A DNA stretch of 63,657 bases, the filler included, from Choristocarpus tenellus KU-1152 (taxonomy: Eukaryota > Protista > Phaeophyceae): assembly GCA_964200185.2 (NCBI GenBank). It is 13 parts of 13 records of this genome, joined end to end, with 100 filler letters (N's around TTAATTAATTAA, not from the genome) between each part and the next. Parts side by side here need not be neighbours in the genome. Positions count along the whole stretch, not along the records: positions 10,249 to 16,995 come from CAXNAD020007438.1; positions 17,096 to 20,750 come from CAXNAD020018698.1; positions 20,851 to 23,622 come from CAXNAD020024885.1; positions 23,723 to 29,045 come from CAXNAD020011162.1; 9 more parts are not named here. The stretch is one strand, 5' to 3'. Shown here piece after piece: positions 11,500 through 24,269 of the stretch (positions within the stretch are counted from its first letter, which is position 1; the number at the start of each line of letters is the position of its first letter). A program made the position numbers and the translations under genes. Below the pieces are notes generated by a model that ran no database searches, was not told the origin of the DNA, and saw only the letters and a list, made by a program, of their open reading frames with translations.

Positions 11500-12360
11500 T
11501 CAATGATGACCTGGGAAAGGGGATTTATCATGTAGCTGGAGCTCATTTATTCTTGTCCAACTCTAGGGAATCTCGTTTCTCTGGCCTTCACCAAGCCATA
11601 GTTCCTTAGGGTTGATAGCGGTTTTGATAGTTACAAGAGCGTATTTGCTTCACGCTTGTATCCCCCCCTTTCTTGGTAACAACTCGACAAAAAAAGAAAG
11701 ATACGAAAGGTCTCCCTGGTTATTCATCAGGTAAATAAATTAATCGTGATCTCATGTCGGACTTCTGGAGTGTCATTTATCACATAACACAATAAACCGA
11801 CACATTCTACCCCTGAAGAAAATCGTCAAGTTGATAAACGACCGTAAACCAGCAATATATACAAGGATGACTACCATGCCAGCAACTTCCACAATATGAC
11901 AACACATGCTCACCTGATCTGACTGTCGAACCACAACTTCAACCTACTTAACCAATCATCCAGCTCTACAAACCCATGAACCCAATCGATCATTTCATAA
12001 TACAGTATTACATATAAAGGTACTTCATTAGTCAATGTAGAAGATACCATCAAGATGTGATTCAAAACCATAATGCCAACCCCTCAACTTCATTTTTCCG
12101 ATTGCTTCCATAACAAATGCGAGTTATACCCAACTTGCGATGCTACAACTCAGGTAGAAGACCCTACCTAGCACAACAGCAATAACCCGAAACAAAAGAA
12201 CCTTTGATCAGTCTTGGTTTTGTGACCCCATGGAAATCAACCCACATCATGTGGACTACACATTTTTTTTTTTCATTATTGATGAGATAAATTGGTGTTT
12301 AAGTTATTTAAGTGCGCTATCTAGACATTCGTTTGTAGGGACTCCTCACAAAAACTGCAG
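11500..12360 (-). mobile_element. heavily decayed copia RT relic
   Basis: Remnants in copia order: RSPYK.., a (N)VV..WV-like segment, YGLVKAR. Many stops. Confidence 0.35.
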
Positions 12361-12629
12361 TGACTGGATGGCTGGCTGGGAAGGTGGCGTCATTGTGGCA
12401 CCCCAAGTAACATGATGACCCAAATAACATGATGATAAGCTATACAATCGCGTCAAAAATCAACAGGTAGATGTGTTTCTGATGAAAAAAAATCCTCCCT
12501 ACTAATATTTATCGAAAGCGGAGGGAAGGGGGGCATTGTGACTGGACTCCAACAGGGGGTGTCGTTACGAGGATACTTACAGATATATCCACGACTTCGC
12601 ATCTAGGGATTATTTTATTAATATCGTCT

Positions 12630-13404
12630 CCTTTGGCTGGCGAGTATCCCAACCTGTGGTCAGAGGGACTTCCACCTACTGCAACTAACCTATCGCACCA
12701 CAACCAATTGTACTGCCTCCATTCATGCCTTGCTTCTCGCAAATTGGGTTCCCTTGTCGCTCTACCTACTCCTCAAATCATGTGTCAACCCACCTCAGCA
12801 ACGCACCGCAAGGAAGTCTGCCATCTCGTTCTTGGTCTGGCGTTTTTGTGGTATAGCAACAGATAGGATAGTATAGGTAGGTGTCACGTGGACTTTGGAT
12901 AATCGAAACCAGCCTTCCACGAGAAGAAGTCTGGCGTATTATCATTTCTATCTGCACTTTAGCCTGGGGAGTATCCCAATCCGTGATCAGAGGCATTACA
13001 AACTGCGTTATTTCTCGTATCAAATTGTTGTAACTGCTGCACAACGACTAAGTGTATTTGTATTTATTGCCTCTGTTCACGCCTTGCTTCTTGCACATTT
13101 GATTCGGTCATCGATCCCACTGCTCATCACCCCACATCCTCCCATGAGTCTTGTTCTAAACCAGCTTCCGTATTGATCAGTAATGACTCGTTGCCTTGTC
13201 ACCTCGTTCTTGGTCCGGCGTTTCGTCGTATTGCAACAGATAGGACAGTACAGGTGGTGCGCAATCCGTAGTTTTTGCTACATGGACTGCGGGGATTCGA
13301 AAATAGATTTCCATGAAAAGAAACCCATTATTTAGTGGCTTCGAACCTACAAATTAATGCCAGAAAAAACCTCTGCAACCTCTTAAGTCACAAGTGGTAC
13401 AGCC
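12630..13404 (-). repeat. two diverged tandem copies of a ~300-370 bp unit with a tRNA-like head (candidate SINE)
   Basis: Four blocks recur in order in 12630-12930 and 12960-13325. A B-box-like GGTTCGAAGCC lies on the minus strand at 13337-13347. Confidence 0.55.
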
Positions 13405-14113
13405 AAGATACACGGAAGGTTCCATTAACTACTATGTCACATCGACGATCGTATGTATACGCTGGTGGCCAAAAACTTGGCTAAGAAAAGATATGAACAG
13501 TTCAGTCTGAACGTGCGAAATTCACGATGTACCCTGAATAGAAATTTGTAGACCCCGCAGGCATACTATATTATCATAGTAGTACAGTTACATGTGCGAA
13601 ATGTGAAACGGACAGGGAAGGAGCAACAGACTATCTGAATACCGTACTTTCCAGTGTATCCAAACCTAAGCACTGTTTCCATACACAATACACACAATGA
13701 AATAATTCCGTCCCTATAATTGAAGTAGTGCAATTTATTCTCGAGACCAAGTGTGTGCGTGCAAAACCATGGTTGTAACTTATAAACAAAGCAGTGTCAA
13801 GAATCAGTACCAGCTGGGCTGATGCTGGGGATGAGGGTGGCAATGAAGAACTGTAACTGGCACCTACCTGCAAATGTCATTCCGGCAAAGTAGCAGTACG
13901 TGTCGCCCACAAACACCCTTGCTGGATACCTGCAACCTCCGTCCATGAAGGGTAACATAGGTCAACATATGAACAATCACGATCAGGTGTGGCAAAGTAA
14001 GTTGGGACAACGTGACGTACGAGTCTTGGGATTACTTGTTGAGGGCAAGGGTCAACTATACAAAATAGTGTATCTAGTTCTATAGTGGTCTGTACAATAA
14101 CAGAATAAGGGTA

Positions 14114-14114
14114 T

Positions 14115-14156
<42 letters not shown>

Positions 14157-14159
14157 GAG
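14114..14159. repeat. (GA)n(GACA)n microsatellite
   Basis: Directly visible. Confidence 0.9.
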
Positions 14160-14511
14160 TGCACGTGCTTGTGCATGTGGGCTTACTTGACAGCAGTCAT
14201 GAGCAGGCCACTAGTGAGGTTCAGTGTTGACTTGAGTAGAGGTAAGATTTGCATCATAGTTCCACCATGAAAGGTTCTCAAGGATTATTGAGTACACCAC
14301 ACATTCACTAAGTACTTAGAAATTGGATGAAAACAAAAGCAGTTAACTAAAATGAGAAAGGCCAAAAAGAAAAAAAGTATCTCTGTTAGTGTCCTGTTTG
14401 AGATTTGGAAAACTCAGAGCAAACCCTGACAGGTGTCAGATTTATCCACTTGCACTGCCTAAGGGGCAGGCAGTGGTCCCTTGTTGCCTATGGCACATGA
14501 ACATTAACATT

Positions 14512-16560
14512 TCACTCATTCTCTCTTTCTCTGTTGGGAGACAAATTATCCGTTTTTTGCTCAAGATCCCCATCATGACCACCTATGGGACCGAAAAAAT
14601 AGTACCAATAAAATTCAACGTAGATGCAATCCTGGTGGAAGGTACTCACAGATAGCAAAGCAGCTGGAGGATTTGATACGCCAATGAATGATAACATCAC
14701 TCACTCATTTTAAACTCTTGAGAATACAAATACTTCAAAGCATAGACCCACATCGTCAACCCTATTTACTATGTCACCGGAGGACCTTTCTACAACAATA
14801 ATATTCTTCTACCGAGAGTAACCTCCTCTCATCTAAGGCCTGCACAAAAAAAAATGTGAAAAAAAATGTGACCTGTACCTACTGCTCCAGGGAAACAATC
14901 GTTTATGACCTGACTAAAAACGTACAACAAACACAATGATATATTACACAGAAAGACACTCAAGTAATGCACTCATGAGTATCTAGAGGTGGAAGGAGGA
15001 CAGGGAATGGGGGGAGGGGGGGGGGGGACGGGGAGGCCCACCAGTGAGGCGGGAGTAACCCCGGGGTTGTTCCAATGAAGGGCAGGATGAGCATTGCCNN
15101 NNNNNNNNAAAAAAAAAAAAAAAAAAAAGAAAACCAAAATCAGAGAGAAGAGGGAGAGGGAGGGGGGGGGGGGAGAGGGGGGGGGGGGGGGGGGGGGGGG
15201 GGGACAGGGAAGCCCACCAGTTATGCCGGAGTAATCCCAGGGTTGTTCCTATGAAGGGCAGGATGAGCATTGCCGAAAAGGAGTGATTTTCTTTTTTTAA
15301 TTTTGGTGCGTATCAAAGGGGCGAGGGGAGGGGATGGGTGTGATTGTAAGCAGACTGGAAGGCGTGTTCTCTGTTGGGCACACGGCGGGGGTGGGGGGGA
15401 GTGCATGATATGTTATCTATCCCATCTGACAATATAACATCACGTTTTGTGTCAAACTATTATTTTACACTAAAAAAGGTCAAAAGGTGAAGAAATGAAT
15501 AACTCTCATTCGAAACACAAAGTAGAATCGTTATTGCACTAATGGTATAGGTATACAGTTCAAGACTATTCATAAAATTGCATTACTCAAGCGCCATTCT
15601 TGGCCTCTGCCTACCTGTGGATCTCCCCTGGACGATTTCATAGAGGTTGTGCATGAGGATGGCGCAGGCAACGATGAAGGACTTTCGCCCCCGAGAGAGT
15701 ACAGACACAGGCGTGCACAATGGATTGCATGCACATATAATGAAAAAAAAACAATGCGTAAAACAAAACCAACAAACACACACACACACACACACACATG
15801 GTCACAACAAGAAACACATGCATACACATGCAGAGGCACAGACACACATGGATGCAGGAAAGGATTAAGAATATATAATTATGTGGGGGCATAAGTTGTG
15901 CAGTCAGCAGGAGGGGGGTGGAAGGGTGCAAATAAGACTCGAGAAGGAACTCTAAGGGGGCATAAAGGGAGGTGAAAGGTGGTAGAACAAAGAGGTACCT
16001 CGGGTGAAGGATGTGGATAGGAAGACAAGAAGAATTGTTTGAGGGGGGGGGAGGGGGAGCTTGACAGATGGAAATAAAAATGCATCAGTGATGTACTATA
16101 CCTTGCTTGTTTGCAAACCAGCATCATCAATGATTTCCACTGTCTTAATGCTTATCTGCAAAGTATCTATAGCCCATTAGATTGATTTCTGTAGGTGGTC
16201 CAGAAGTGCAGCGTAGAGGTCCCAAGCACACAAATATGACGGCATTTTTTCTTGGGCTATATGTGGCTTATCCATATTCTGATTTTTTATTTGACATCAG
16301 GGAACAAGTATCTTTACCTCACATGGGTATATATATATATATGGTTGTCATATCCAGCTGGTTAATCGAAGGTCAGTTTTTTTTTTCTCATTTTCAAGAA
16401 TACTTCAATAACTTCACCTTGGAGCAGAGCCGTATATGTGTATGTGCATCAAATTTAAAATAGAAAAATCAGAACATGAATCATCCACATGTAGCCCAAG
16501 CAAAACGGCACCACATATATGACCCACACTTGTTATTTCTAAAGCAGCAATCTTGGACTA
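14512..16560 (-). pseudogene. spliced PIF/Harbinger-like DDE transposase pseudogene, C-terminal half
   Basis: Exon ending at 16102 (..YPCEVKILVP*..YAALLDHLQKSI*WAIDTLQISIKTV..TSK), GT-AG intron, exon 15681-15615 (SFIVACAILMHNLYEIVQGRST), phase-compatible last exon 14582-14512. Resembles Harbinger motifs R..(I/A)EW...LQ and I..C..LHN. Confidence 0.55.
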
Positions 16561-16810
16561 CCTGTAGAAAACGACCTTAGAATAGAAAAAAAAAACTCCT
16601 TATGTGCGTGGACTACATACAGGTTGGAGTGCACATTGCATTTTCAACTTTAAGCTTATCAAGGTCCAAAATTAAAAAAAATATGTTTGACTGGGATCGG
16701 GACTTGCAAAAGAGGAGAGCAAGGTTCAACTTGATAACTGACTACTCATGATAAGGGTGAAGATTACACCCAATCCTAGAGTCATGTAAGGAGGCGTGAA
16801 TCATGTAAGG

Positions 16811-16995
16811 GGTTCAAAGTATCTGGGAGGGGGGGGGGGTGGCGGCTGTCCATTTGGGGTCAATTTTTTCATGTCATGATTTTTGGGTGATTTGGTTGCA
16901 TACATCAGATGGATAATACAAACGCACTTTTCCTTGTTTGGTCCAAATGGACACCCTGGTGTAGACCCACCTCCCCACCCCCCCCCCCCCTCCCC
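16811..16995 (+). mobile_element. MITE-1 copy truncated by contig end
   Basis: GGTTCAAAGTATCTGG plus body; the contig ends in the C-tract. Confidence 0.9.
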
Positions 16996-17574
16996 NNNNN
17001 NNNNNNNNNNNNNNNNNNNNNNNNNNNNNNNNNNNNNNNTTAATTAATTAANNNNNNNNNNNNNNNNNNNNNNNNNNNNNNNNNNNNNNNNNNNNCCACC
17101 TAAATTTAATCAATCACTCTACAGATACCAAGCAATCTCGCCGGGTTTATCACCTTTACCCTCTTTGATGATTTTGGGGATACTTTAACATCTGTCCAGG
17201 GGCCCCTTCAACTCTACTGGGCCAAGGCTGAATTTGAAGGATTTGGCGAAACCTTCTGTGACTTTCGCCTGCGGGTGGTCCTCCTCTCCTGACGATTTTC
17301 TTGGAACCAAGTAGTATACTTCCACTCTGCCGAAGCCCACTCGTGCCGCCACTACCGCCAGCCTGACCATCACCCACGTCAATGCCCCCATCGCCATCAC
17401 GTCAGTCCCACTAGATTATCTCCACCTAATACACCCCAAACCGACACCTGCAACCCCCACGTCAACCACCATCTACACAGCCACCACATCCTCTACTCCA
17501 CCTAATGAGTGCGGCCAGGATTCCGATGGCCACCATTTCTAACTGCTCCACCAACGTTCTCAAAAGCACTCTGG

Positions 17575-17725
17575 CCTGAAGGCACTGCAACTTCCACTCA
17601 CCTTACCAGCCTTCCACATTTTTAACACCATCGACCTACCCAAAATCCTCTGACCTGAAGCCATTGCCACCCCCACTCAGCTTACCAACCTTTCACATTA
17701 TAACACCACTGACCTACCCAACATA
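17575..17725. repeat. diverged ~80-bp tandem duplication
   Basis: CCTGAAG.CA.TGC.AC..CCACTCA.CTTACCA.CCTT.CACATT.TAACACCA..GACCTACCCAA occurs twice. Confidence 0.8.
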
Positions 17726-18289
17726 CACCAACCTCAGCCCCAACTTCACCCAACCCACACTGATCGTCAATGCCCACCGCAGTCATCTACCTTTCCAACA
17801 CCGTCACCCCAACTATTACCTTCTACTCAGAGCAACCCAACTATTACCCTAAGCCTCTCCTCAGAGCATTTTCCCCACACCTTACATTAAGACTCAATTC
17901 AGAACTTCCTTACCACAAGCCTTTTTCTTTGAACACCTTTCCCATTCCCTTGGCATACTCACCAGCATCTATAGCACTCCTTCCCTTGTGTACACGACCA
18001 TACCATCCTCATGGACTCACAATCCAGTTAGTGCTCCAAAAAAGTGGTCATGTATTGGGTGAGTACCTGATCATTACCCATAGACTAACTTTGGATGGCG
18101 TAATTCTCCAGGATAGTGGAACTTGCTAGCTTAGGTGATAGAACACTCTCACCGCAATACATCCAAGAGTATAGTGGATATTCTTTCCAAAGTGTACCGC
18201 ACATGTACAAGTAAACAAGCAAGACCTAAACCAAGCTGAAGCGACCGAAATACCTGCAGATCATGAAAATTAAAGGGACTGTTGGCGGA

Positions 18290-19700
18290 GATCGGAAGTT
18301 TTTTTTACACAAGGAGGTATGTGGATGATGGGATTTGAATAGCAGTACTATATGGAATGTGTCCGATGGCAACGGCTAGCCCCACACTTTATCAGTTCTT
18401 AATGTTTTGCAGTTTAGAGAAGCTGGAGAGGCACACCGACTCTATTTTAGAGGAAGCTGACGGGTAAGGGTACAATGACGGTAGTAGGGGTAGGTTGGTT
18501 AATCGATACACAAACAGTAAGACTGTCTCTGTCCGTAGAGAAGAGACAGTATCTTAGAGGGTACAACCGTGTCCATTCAAGGACCAAAATCCGATGTTGC
18601 AATTTGGATGTAATTTTGACTATCATATTTGTTAGGAGATGTCAATATCCTTGTCTGGACACCCTTTTCATATCGTATACATCTTACCTACTACTCCGAA
18701 ACATTTTGGAGTAGGCAAAATGTCGATAAAACCCATGGGAAACCAAGCCCCACATGGACAAAGAGGAGAAAATTCGTACCCTCTAAGATACTTTCACTCA
18801 GAACTACAGTCCAATGGAGGGGTATGCTGGTTGTGGTTTCCCACTTGAGAATATGCAATAACATTGAAAATACACCACTTCGTGTGAAAATCAGCGAACT
18901 TGGCGTATATCTTGAAGGCGGAAAAGTATCATGTCTGACATCTATTCAGTTTCACAAGCCTTCAAGACTGCCAGAGGAGAGGCCATAATGGGAGAAAGAA
19001 GGAAAAGTGGGAACATAGTTCAACGCAGATGTGGATTTGAAGAGATAGGTAGTCCCTCAAAGACTACTTGAGTGCACCTGCCTATTGTCAAATGCAGCAA
19101 AATGCCAAGCGTCACTATGTATCGATATATTGCTGTAGCCATTGGGGATTCTGTACAGATACTGGAGTGCAGCGGTGTTTTTTGCTACATTGCCGAAGAA
19201 TTACAAAGGCAGTTGGCGAGGGGTAACGCTGCAAGACTTAATGCTCTAAAACAACTAAGAAATGTATCAAAGAAATTGTTGGAGCTGTTCGGAATGGTCT
19301 TCATCGGGTATTGATTGAGTTTGTACATGACTGCCCTGCAGAAGATGGAGGAACTAACGATAAAATTAGATAATATCTCCCCAGTGACAAGGCAAAACAT
19401 TTTGATGGGTACACATAAACACGGGCAGGAGCGATAATGCGGTTATTGGGGGCTCTAGGAATGATCAGGGGATGGTATCCTCGAGCTCAACATGAGAAAG
19501 ATAACCCCAACATAATTGCTGATAGGATATCCAGGAGGACCAAATATACTATTGAACCTAACCTTCACACCTTTCTCCTGACATACCATGGGGGGAGCAA
19601 CCACTGGGAGAGAGTGCAGGGCAGATTATTCCACGAATTTTGTTTCAAATTGACTGTGGATTTATGGGATCAGATACTCGGGGAACGGACGCCATTAACC
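18290..19700 (+). mobile_element. DIRS/Ngaro-like (tyrosine-recombinase) retrotransposon RT and RNase H relic
   Basis: FYTRRYVDDGI (YVDD at 18318-18329), RKLT...VGWLIDTQTVRLSLSVEK, later MRLLGAL...GWYPRAQH...NIIADRISR. Interrupted by MITE-2. Confidence 0.75.
18543..18799 (+). mobile_element. MITE-2 full copy, AGAA duplicated on both sides
   Basis: TIR ..AGTATCTTAGAGGGTAC / GTACCCTCTAAGATACTTTCACTC; AGAA at 18539-18542 and 18800-18803. Confidence 0.88.
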
Positions 19701-19875
19701 TGAATATTTTGACGAACTTTAGAATCTTGATGGCGATCACCTAAGGCAATTAGTTTAATTGTTTTACAAAAAAGACAGCCTAACACACCCTAACTTCTGT
19801 CTGCACGTGCAAATGTGTTTCATTGTTGATGGCTAAATTCAAGTGGCCGTTGGCCAACTTGCAGAAAGGGTAGAT

Positions 19876-20134
19876 GAGTCAAAGTATCTTAGAGGGTAGA
19901 ACCGTGTCCATCTGGGGGCCAAAATCCAATGTTGCGATTTTGATGTAATTTTGGCTATCATGTTTTGTTAGCAAGTGCAAATATCCTTGTTCCAGTTACA
20001 CCTTTTCATGATGCATACATTTTACCTAATTCGAAACGTTTCGGGGTAGGAAAATGTCATAAAAAAACTGTGAGAAGCCAGACCCCAAAGGGACAAACAG
20101 GACAAAACACGTACCCTCTAAGATACTTTCATTC
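19876..20134 (+). mobile_element. MITE-2 full copy
   Basis: GAGTCAAAGTATCTTAGAGGGTA...TACCCTCTAAGATACTTTCATTC; flanks AGAT/AGAA. Confidence 0.9.
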
Positions 20135-20683
20135 AGAAGTCAGCTTCAGAACTCCTGAAAGAGTCCAGATGACAAAGGGTTTGTAGTAAACCGGACAAGG
20201 GAGAGCCAGGGACATGGGAAGGAGTAAAGGAGGAGGAGCGGTGGAGATGCTGAGTGGGCTGATGGGCAGGGGTGAGAGTTTAGATAGTGCGTCGTTACCA
20301 GTTAGTTCTTTTTATATGATGATATGATACTTATAAAGGGGGAATAATCGAAGTGAGAGATCCAGCATACTTGACGACTTGTGCCTCATGGAGCCTTGTA
20401 CAAGCTTCATGGTTTATGTGGATTCTTATGGATTGGAGATGCATATTTCATCATGGAAAGCCTTCATCTCTGAAGGAGTCACAAAAGTAGACATAACAAC
20501 ACAAAAATAGTCAATGAAGTAGGGTGGAGGGGTTGAAAGTGGAAGTTGAAGTATTGGTATGTGTAGCGGTTTCGAATCAGTTATGATGTCGGGTTCTACA
20601 TGGATCAAGGATGCACCTTCATGTGCATTGCGAAGTCCATAATCCGTTAGGTTTTCAAGTTTGGATTTTGTAGAAGCAAATAA

Positions 20684-20750
20684 GGCTCAAAGTATCTGGG
20701 GGGGGAGGTGGCTGTCCATTTGGGGCGAATTTTTTCATGTCGCGATTTTT
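20684..20750 (+). mobile_element. MITE-1 copy truncated by contig end
   Basis: TAA|GGCTCAAAGTATCTGG followed by G-tract and body. Confidence 0.9.
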
Positions 20751-21819
20751 NNNNNNNNNNNNNNNNNNNNNNNNNNNNNNNNNNNNNNNNNNNNTTAATT
20801 AATTAANNNNNNNNNNNNNNNNNNNNNNNNNNNNNNNNNNNNNNNNNNNNATTGACACTAATAATTGGCCAGCAAACCTCTGTAAAATAAAAAAAAAAAA
20901 AAAAACGGATTCGCACAGGATATACATACAAAATATATACATGTAATAATTTTTCAAAAAAAAGAATATTTTCAATTACATCAGAATAAAATAGATAAAT
21001 ATATATACATACATACATGTATCAATAGGTAAGCATCAGTTTAGATTGTGTTAAAAAAAAAACCCCAGCTTCAATGATGTGAAAAAATATATATTAAAAA
21101 AAAAAAAATGGTACACACGCGCCACACCGCCATTCACACTATAAAACCTGAAAATATATATTTCAAAACTTTGAAACACATTCTGGGAAAATATAGTCGA
21201 TTCGTTCGTTCTTACCATTCACGCACATTGGAAAAAATAAAAACAAAAGAATGAAATGGAACACACACATACACAACACATATACAAACATACACATACT
21301 GCACAGTAAAGGTTTACTACTATTATTATTATTATTATTTTTTTAAAGCCACTTTTCGGTATATCAAAAAAGGTTTTGGTATGAAGTGTACGTAATGTAT
21401 ACTTCAGATATTTTGTAATCAGTATTATAAACTATAATTTTAAAACAGGGGCAAAACCCCCCCGAAAAAAAACCCGTGGCACAATGAAATGCAAAAATAA
21501 AATAATTTAATGTTGCAGATATGACATCACAAAATTTCTTTCAGCCCCTAAGAAGTTAGAAACATCTTACACGTTTTACGATTCAAAAAAAAAAAAAACT
21601 CAAACACATCATGAAACACACACACACACACACGCATTTGTTCTATGCAATCCTGAAGCATACACCAAGGGTCATAAAAAAGAAAACATTTGGACAAAAG
21701 TAGGTTCATACCATTGATCTTCAATGCTTTCAAGTAAAAGATCCTAACTCAACACTACTACAATTACTGGTACAATTATCATTATTATTCTTATCACTCT
21801 CACATTCCTCGGGGATGAT

Positions 21820-22320
21820 CCCAACCTGCACGCAGTTAGAGGCACTTCATACTACACTACTGCCTCTCATAATACCAACTCCATTCCTGGCTTTCTTCTC
21901 ACAACGTTGGGTTCAGATTTCGCTCTCCCACTGATCACTACTTGATCTCCACGCTTAGATACTCTACTGAACCCGACAGAAAGTGTTTGCACATTGAGCT
22001 TGATCCAGCAGTCTTGTGGTACACAACAGTCAGGGTAGTACTACAACAGGGGTAGAATACGCTTGTCCTAGCCACGTGGAACAGCATCATCAAAACCAGA
22101 TTTCCGTGAAAAAAAGTTCGGCATCGAAGGGGTATGAACCCATGGAACTAACAGAGACAGCCTCAACCTAAATAACAGGAGACAAGGACGCGACCGCCCA
22201 CTTCAACTACTAATCTCACTAGTTTCACTCCAACATAAATCATCATCCAAGTTTGACAACATAATGCAGTGCGTCCTTTGCTTCAACTTCCATACATGCC
22301 ACTCATCTACTTTAAATCAC
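21820..22320 (-). pseudogene. decayed tyrosine recombinase (DIRS-like)
   Basis: LVLMMLFHVARTS (compare L...F.L.RASE, catalytic R) followed by RSSSDQW (compare R.SK.DQ). Confidence 0.4.
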
Positions 22321-24269
22321 CTGCAGCATTGCAGCAATGTGTCTGACTGTCTACATCATAAACACAACAAAAATAAATCCTGTAAGTACCATGGGTGGCT
22401 TCAAAGGTACAACATACCACTCCATGTATCCATTTCACAAAAATAATAAAAATATGTACAGATACATATTGTCCAAAGGGTTCTATTTTTCCTTTCTTTT
22501 CTATTTTATTCTTCTATTGTGGACCTTGTTGTCTTTTTTCAAGCAGGGTGTAGTGCCTTCTATGAACTGTGTGTCAATCACAGGTTCAGCATCCCTCAGA
22601 CTAACGTAACGACAAAGTAATAATAATATTAATAATAATAATAACAACAGGAGCCCTTGTGATACAAACTGCAACACCACTGATACATCTCACGAAGCAT
22701 TCCCTTTCAATACACCAAGTACAGATGACACCGATATCCACTAAACTTCCACGTTTTCTAAACCTTGTCCCTGCATCTATTTGGATTATTGGATTGCATA
22801 CATACTTGAAATATTTTTCAACCTCACACATCTCTGCTGTTTATTTCATACTTACATTTATATTAAAAAAAAAAATCTTCTTCTGCTCTTGCATTTATCT
22901 TTTTCTTGAAGGGCAGGTTCAAGCAGTATTGCACATTTATATCGTTTACCTCTCCATGAGAACATCTCTTTGATGCTTTAAGCATCATGGAACCATGTAT
23001 CAAACCATTGCACACTAATCACTCTATCGACTCAATTAACTTTAGTAAAACCCCTTTGCCTGAAGTGCACATATACCCAATACCAAGCCGTGCCACTCCT
23101 TTACACCTCTCAAAAAAGACTAAATTAATCCTTATGTAATCTGAATATTAAAAATAAAAAAATGAGATGTTTTTTATAGACCATCTACAACACTAGTAAG
23201 CCAGTCTCAACATGATCTCGGAATTGAAAATGTGTTGTCATGTGTTTGTGAGGGGATATTAACACATGATGGGATTTAATTTCATAGAGGATCAAAAAAA
23301 TATCGTAGGAATAAATAAAACTCAAAAAGAGAAGCATACAAAAGTCACAAATAATAATATTTCATCTCTATCACACACTTGTCGGAAATCAAAACAAAGC
23401 AGGAATAATTTTGAAATCAAAACAGCGGTAGCATATCATTCAAAAATATTATTCTATAGGCATACACACCTACATATTTAAAGTCTACAAGAAGCAGAAA
23501 ATAGTGTAGAACAATTTGAGAATAAAAAAATGAAAACAAGCCCTACTCCCCCCTCCCTTTACTGCTAAAAAATGCGTCCATTGTAGAACATACCTATACG
23601 CCAGCTCCATGAGGGCATAGGGNNNNNNNNNNNNNNNNNNNNNNNNNNNNNNNNNNNNNNNNNNNNTTAATTAATTAANNNNNNNNNNNNNNNNNNNNNN
23701 NNNNNNNNNNNNNNNNNNNNNNCATCACATCGATGACAGTAGATAGAAACATAGCATCAGTTGATATTCAGTTGATCCACACCACACACAGGAACATCGT
23801 AGCACACGTCATCCAAGTTACTTCGGAACTTGCATCAAGTGCGTTCCACTGCTACCTTGTGTTCCCCTTTCTATTTTGTTGTTGTTACCATCTCTGTTCT
23901 TCCTTTTTATATGAACAAGACCGCAGATGCACGGTAATTGTTGTTTATTATCTTATTGATTGTCATTGTCCCCTCACTGAGAGCACCTCAACGCCACTCT
24001 GCAAACTGTGTACCAAACACACACATGGATGTAATATAACCAGAGTTAAAACCATCCGCGGAAACCCTTGCCAGCCAAGGTAACACATGAAAGAACACTA
24101 AATTCACATTTCATAATTCTTGACTGAGAGATCAATGACCTCAGATACAACAGAATATATACATCGGTGCTTTGCAGCACAATCACACCTATACATAACA
24201 TAAACTACGCATATCACTCATTGGTGCTTCGCAACACCATGATTCCCCATCGCTAGTAGTCTACGCATT

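Noticed and set aside
14995-15275. Direct duplication around a 10-N gap (similar cases at 34350-34580, 45520-45740, 52150-52260 and 31550-31575)
   Set aside because: The same sequence appears on both sides of the gap with homopolymer noise, typical of unmerged overlapping scaffold ends.
16159-16168. MITE TIR core CAAAGTATCT inside the Harbinger-like exon
   Set aside because: Only a 10-bp match lying in codons (IDTLQ), with no MITE body; probably chance.
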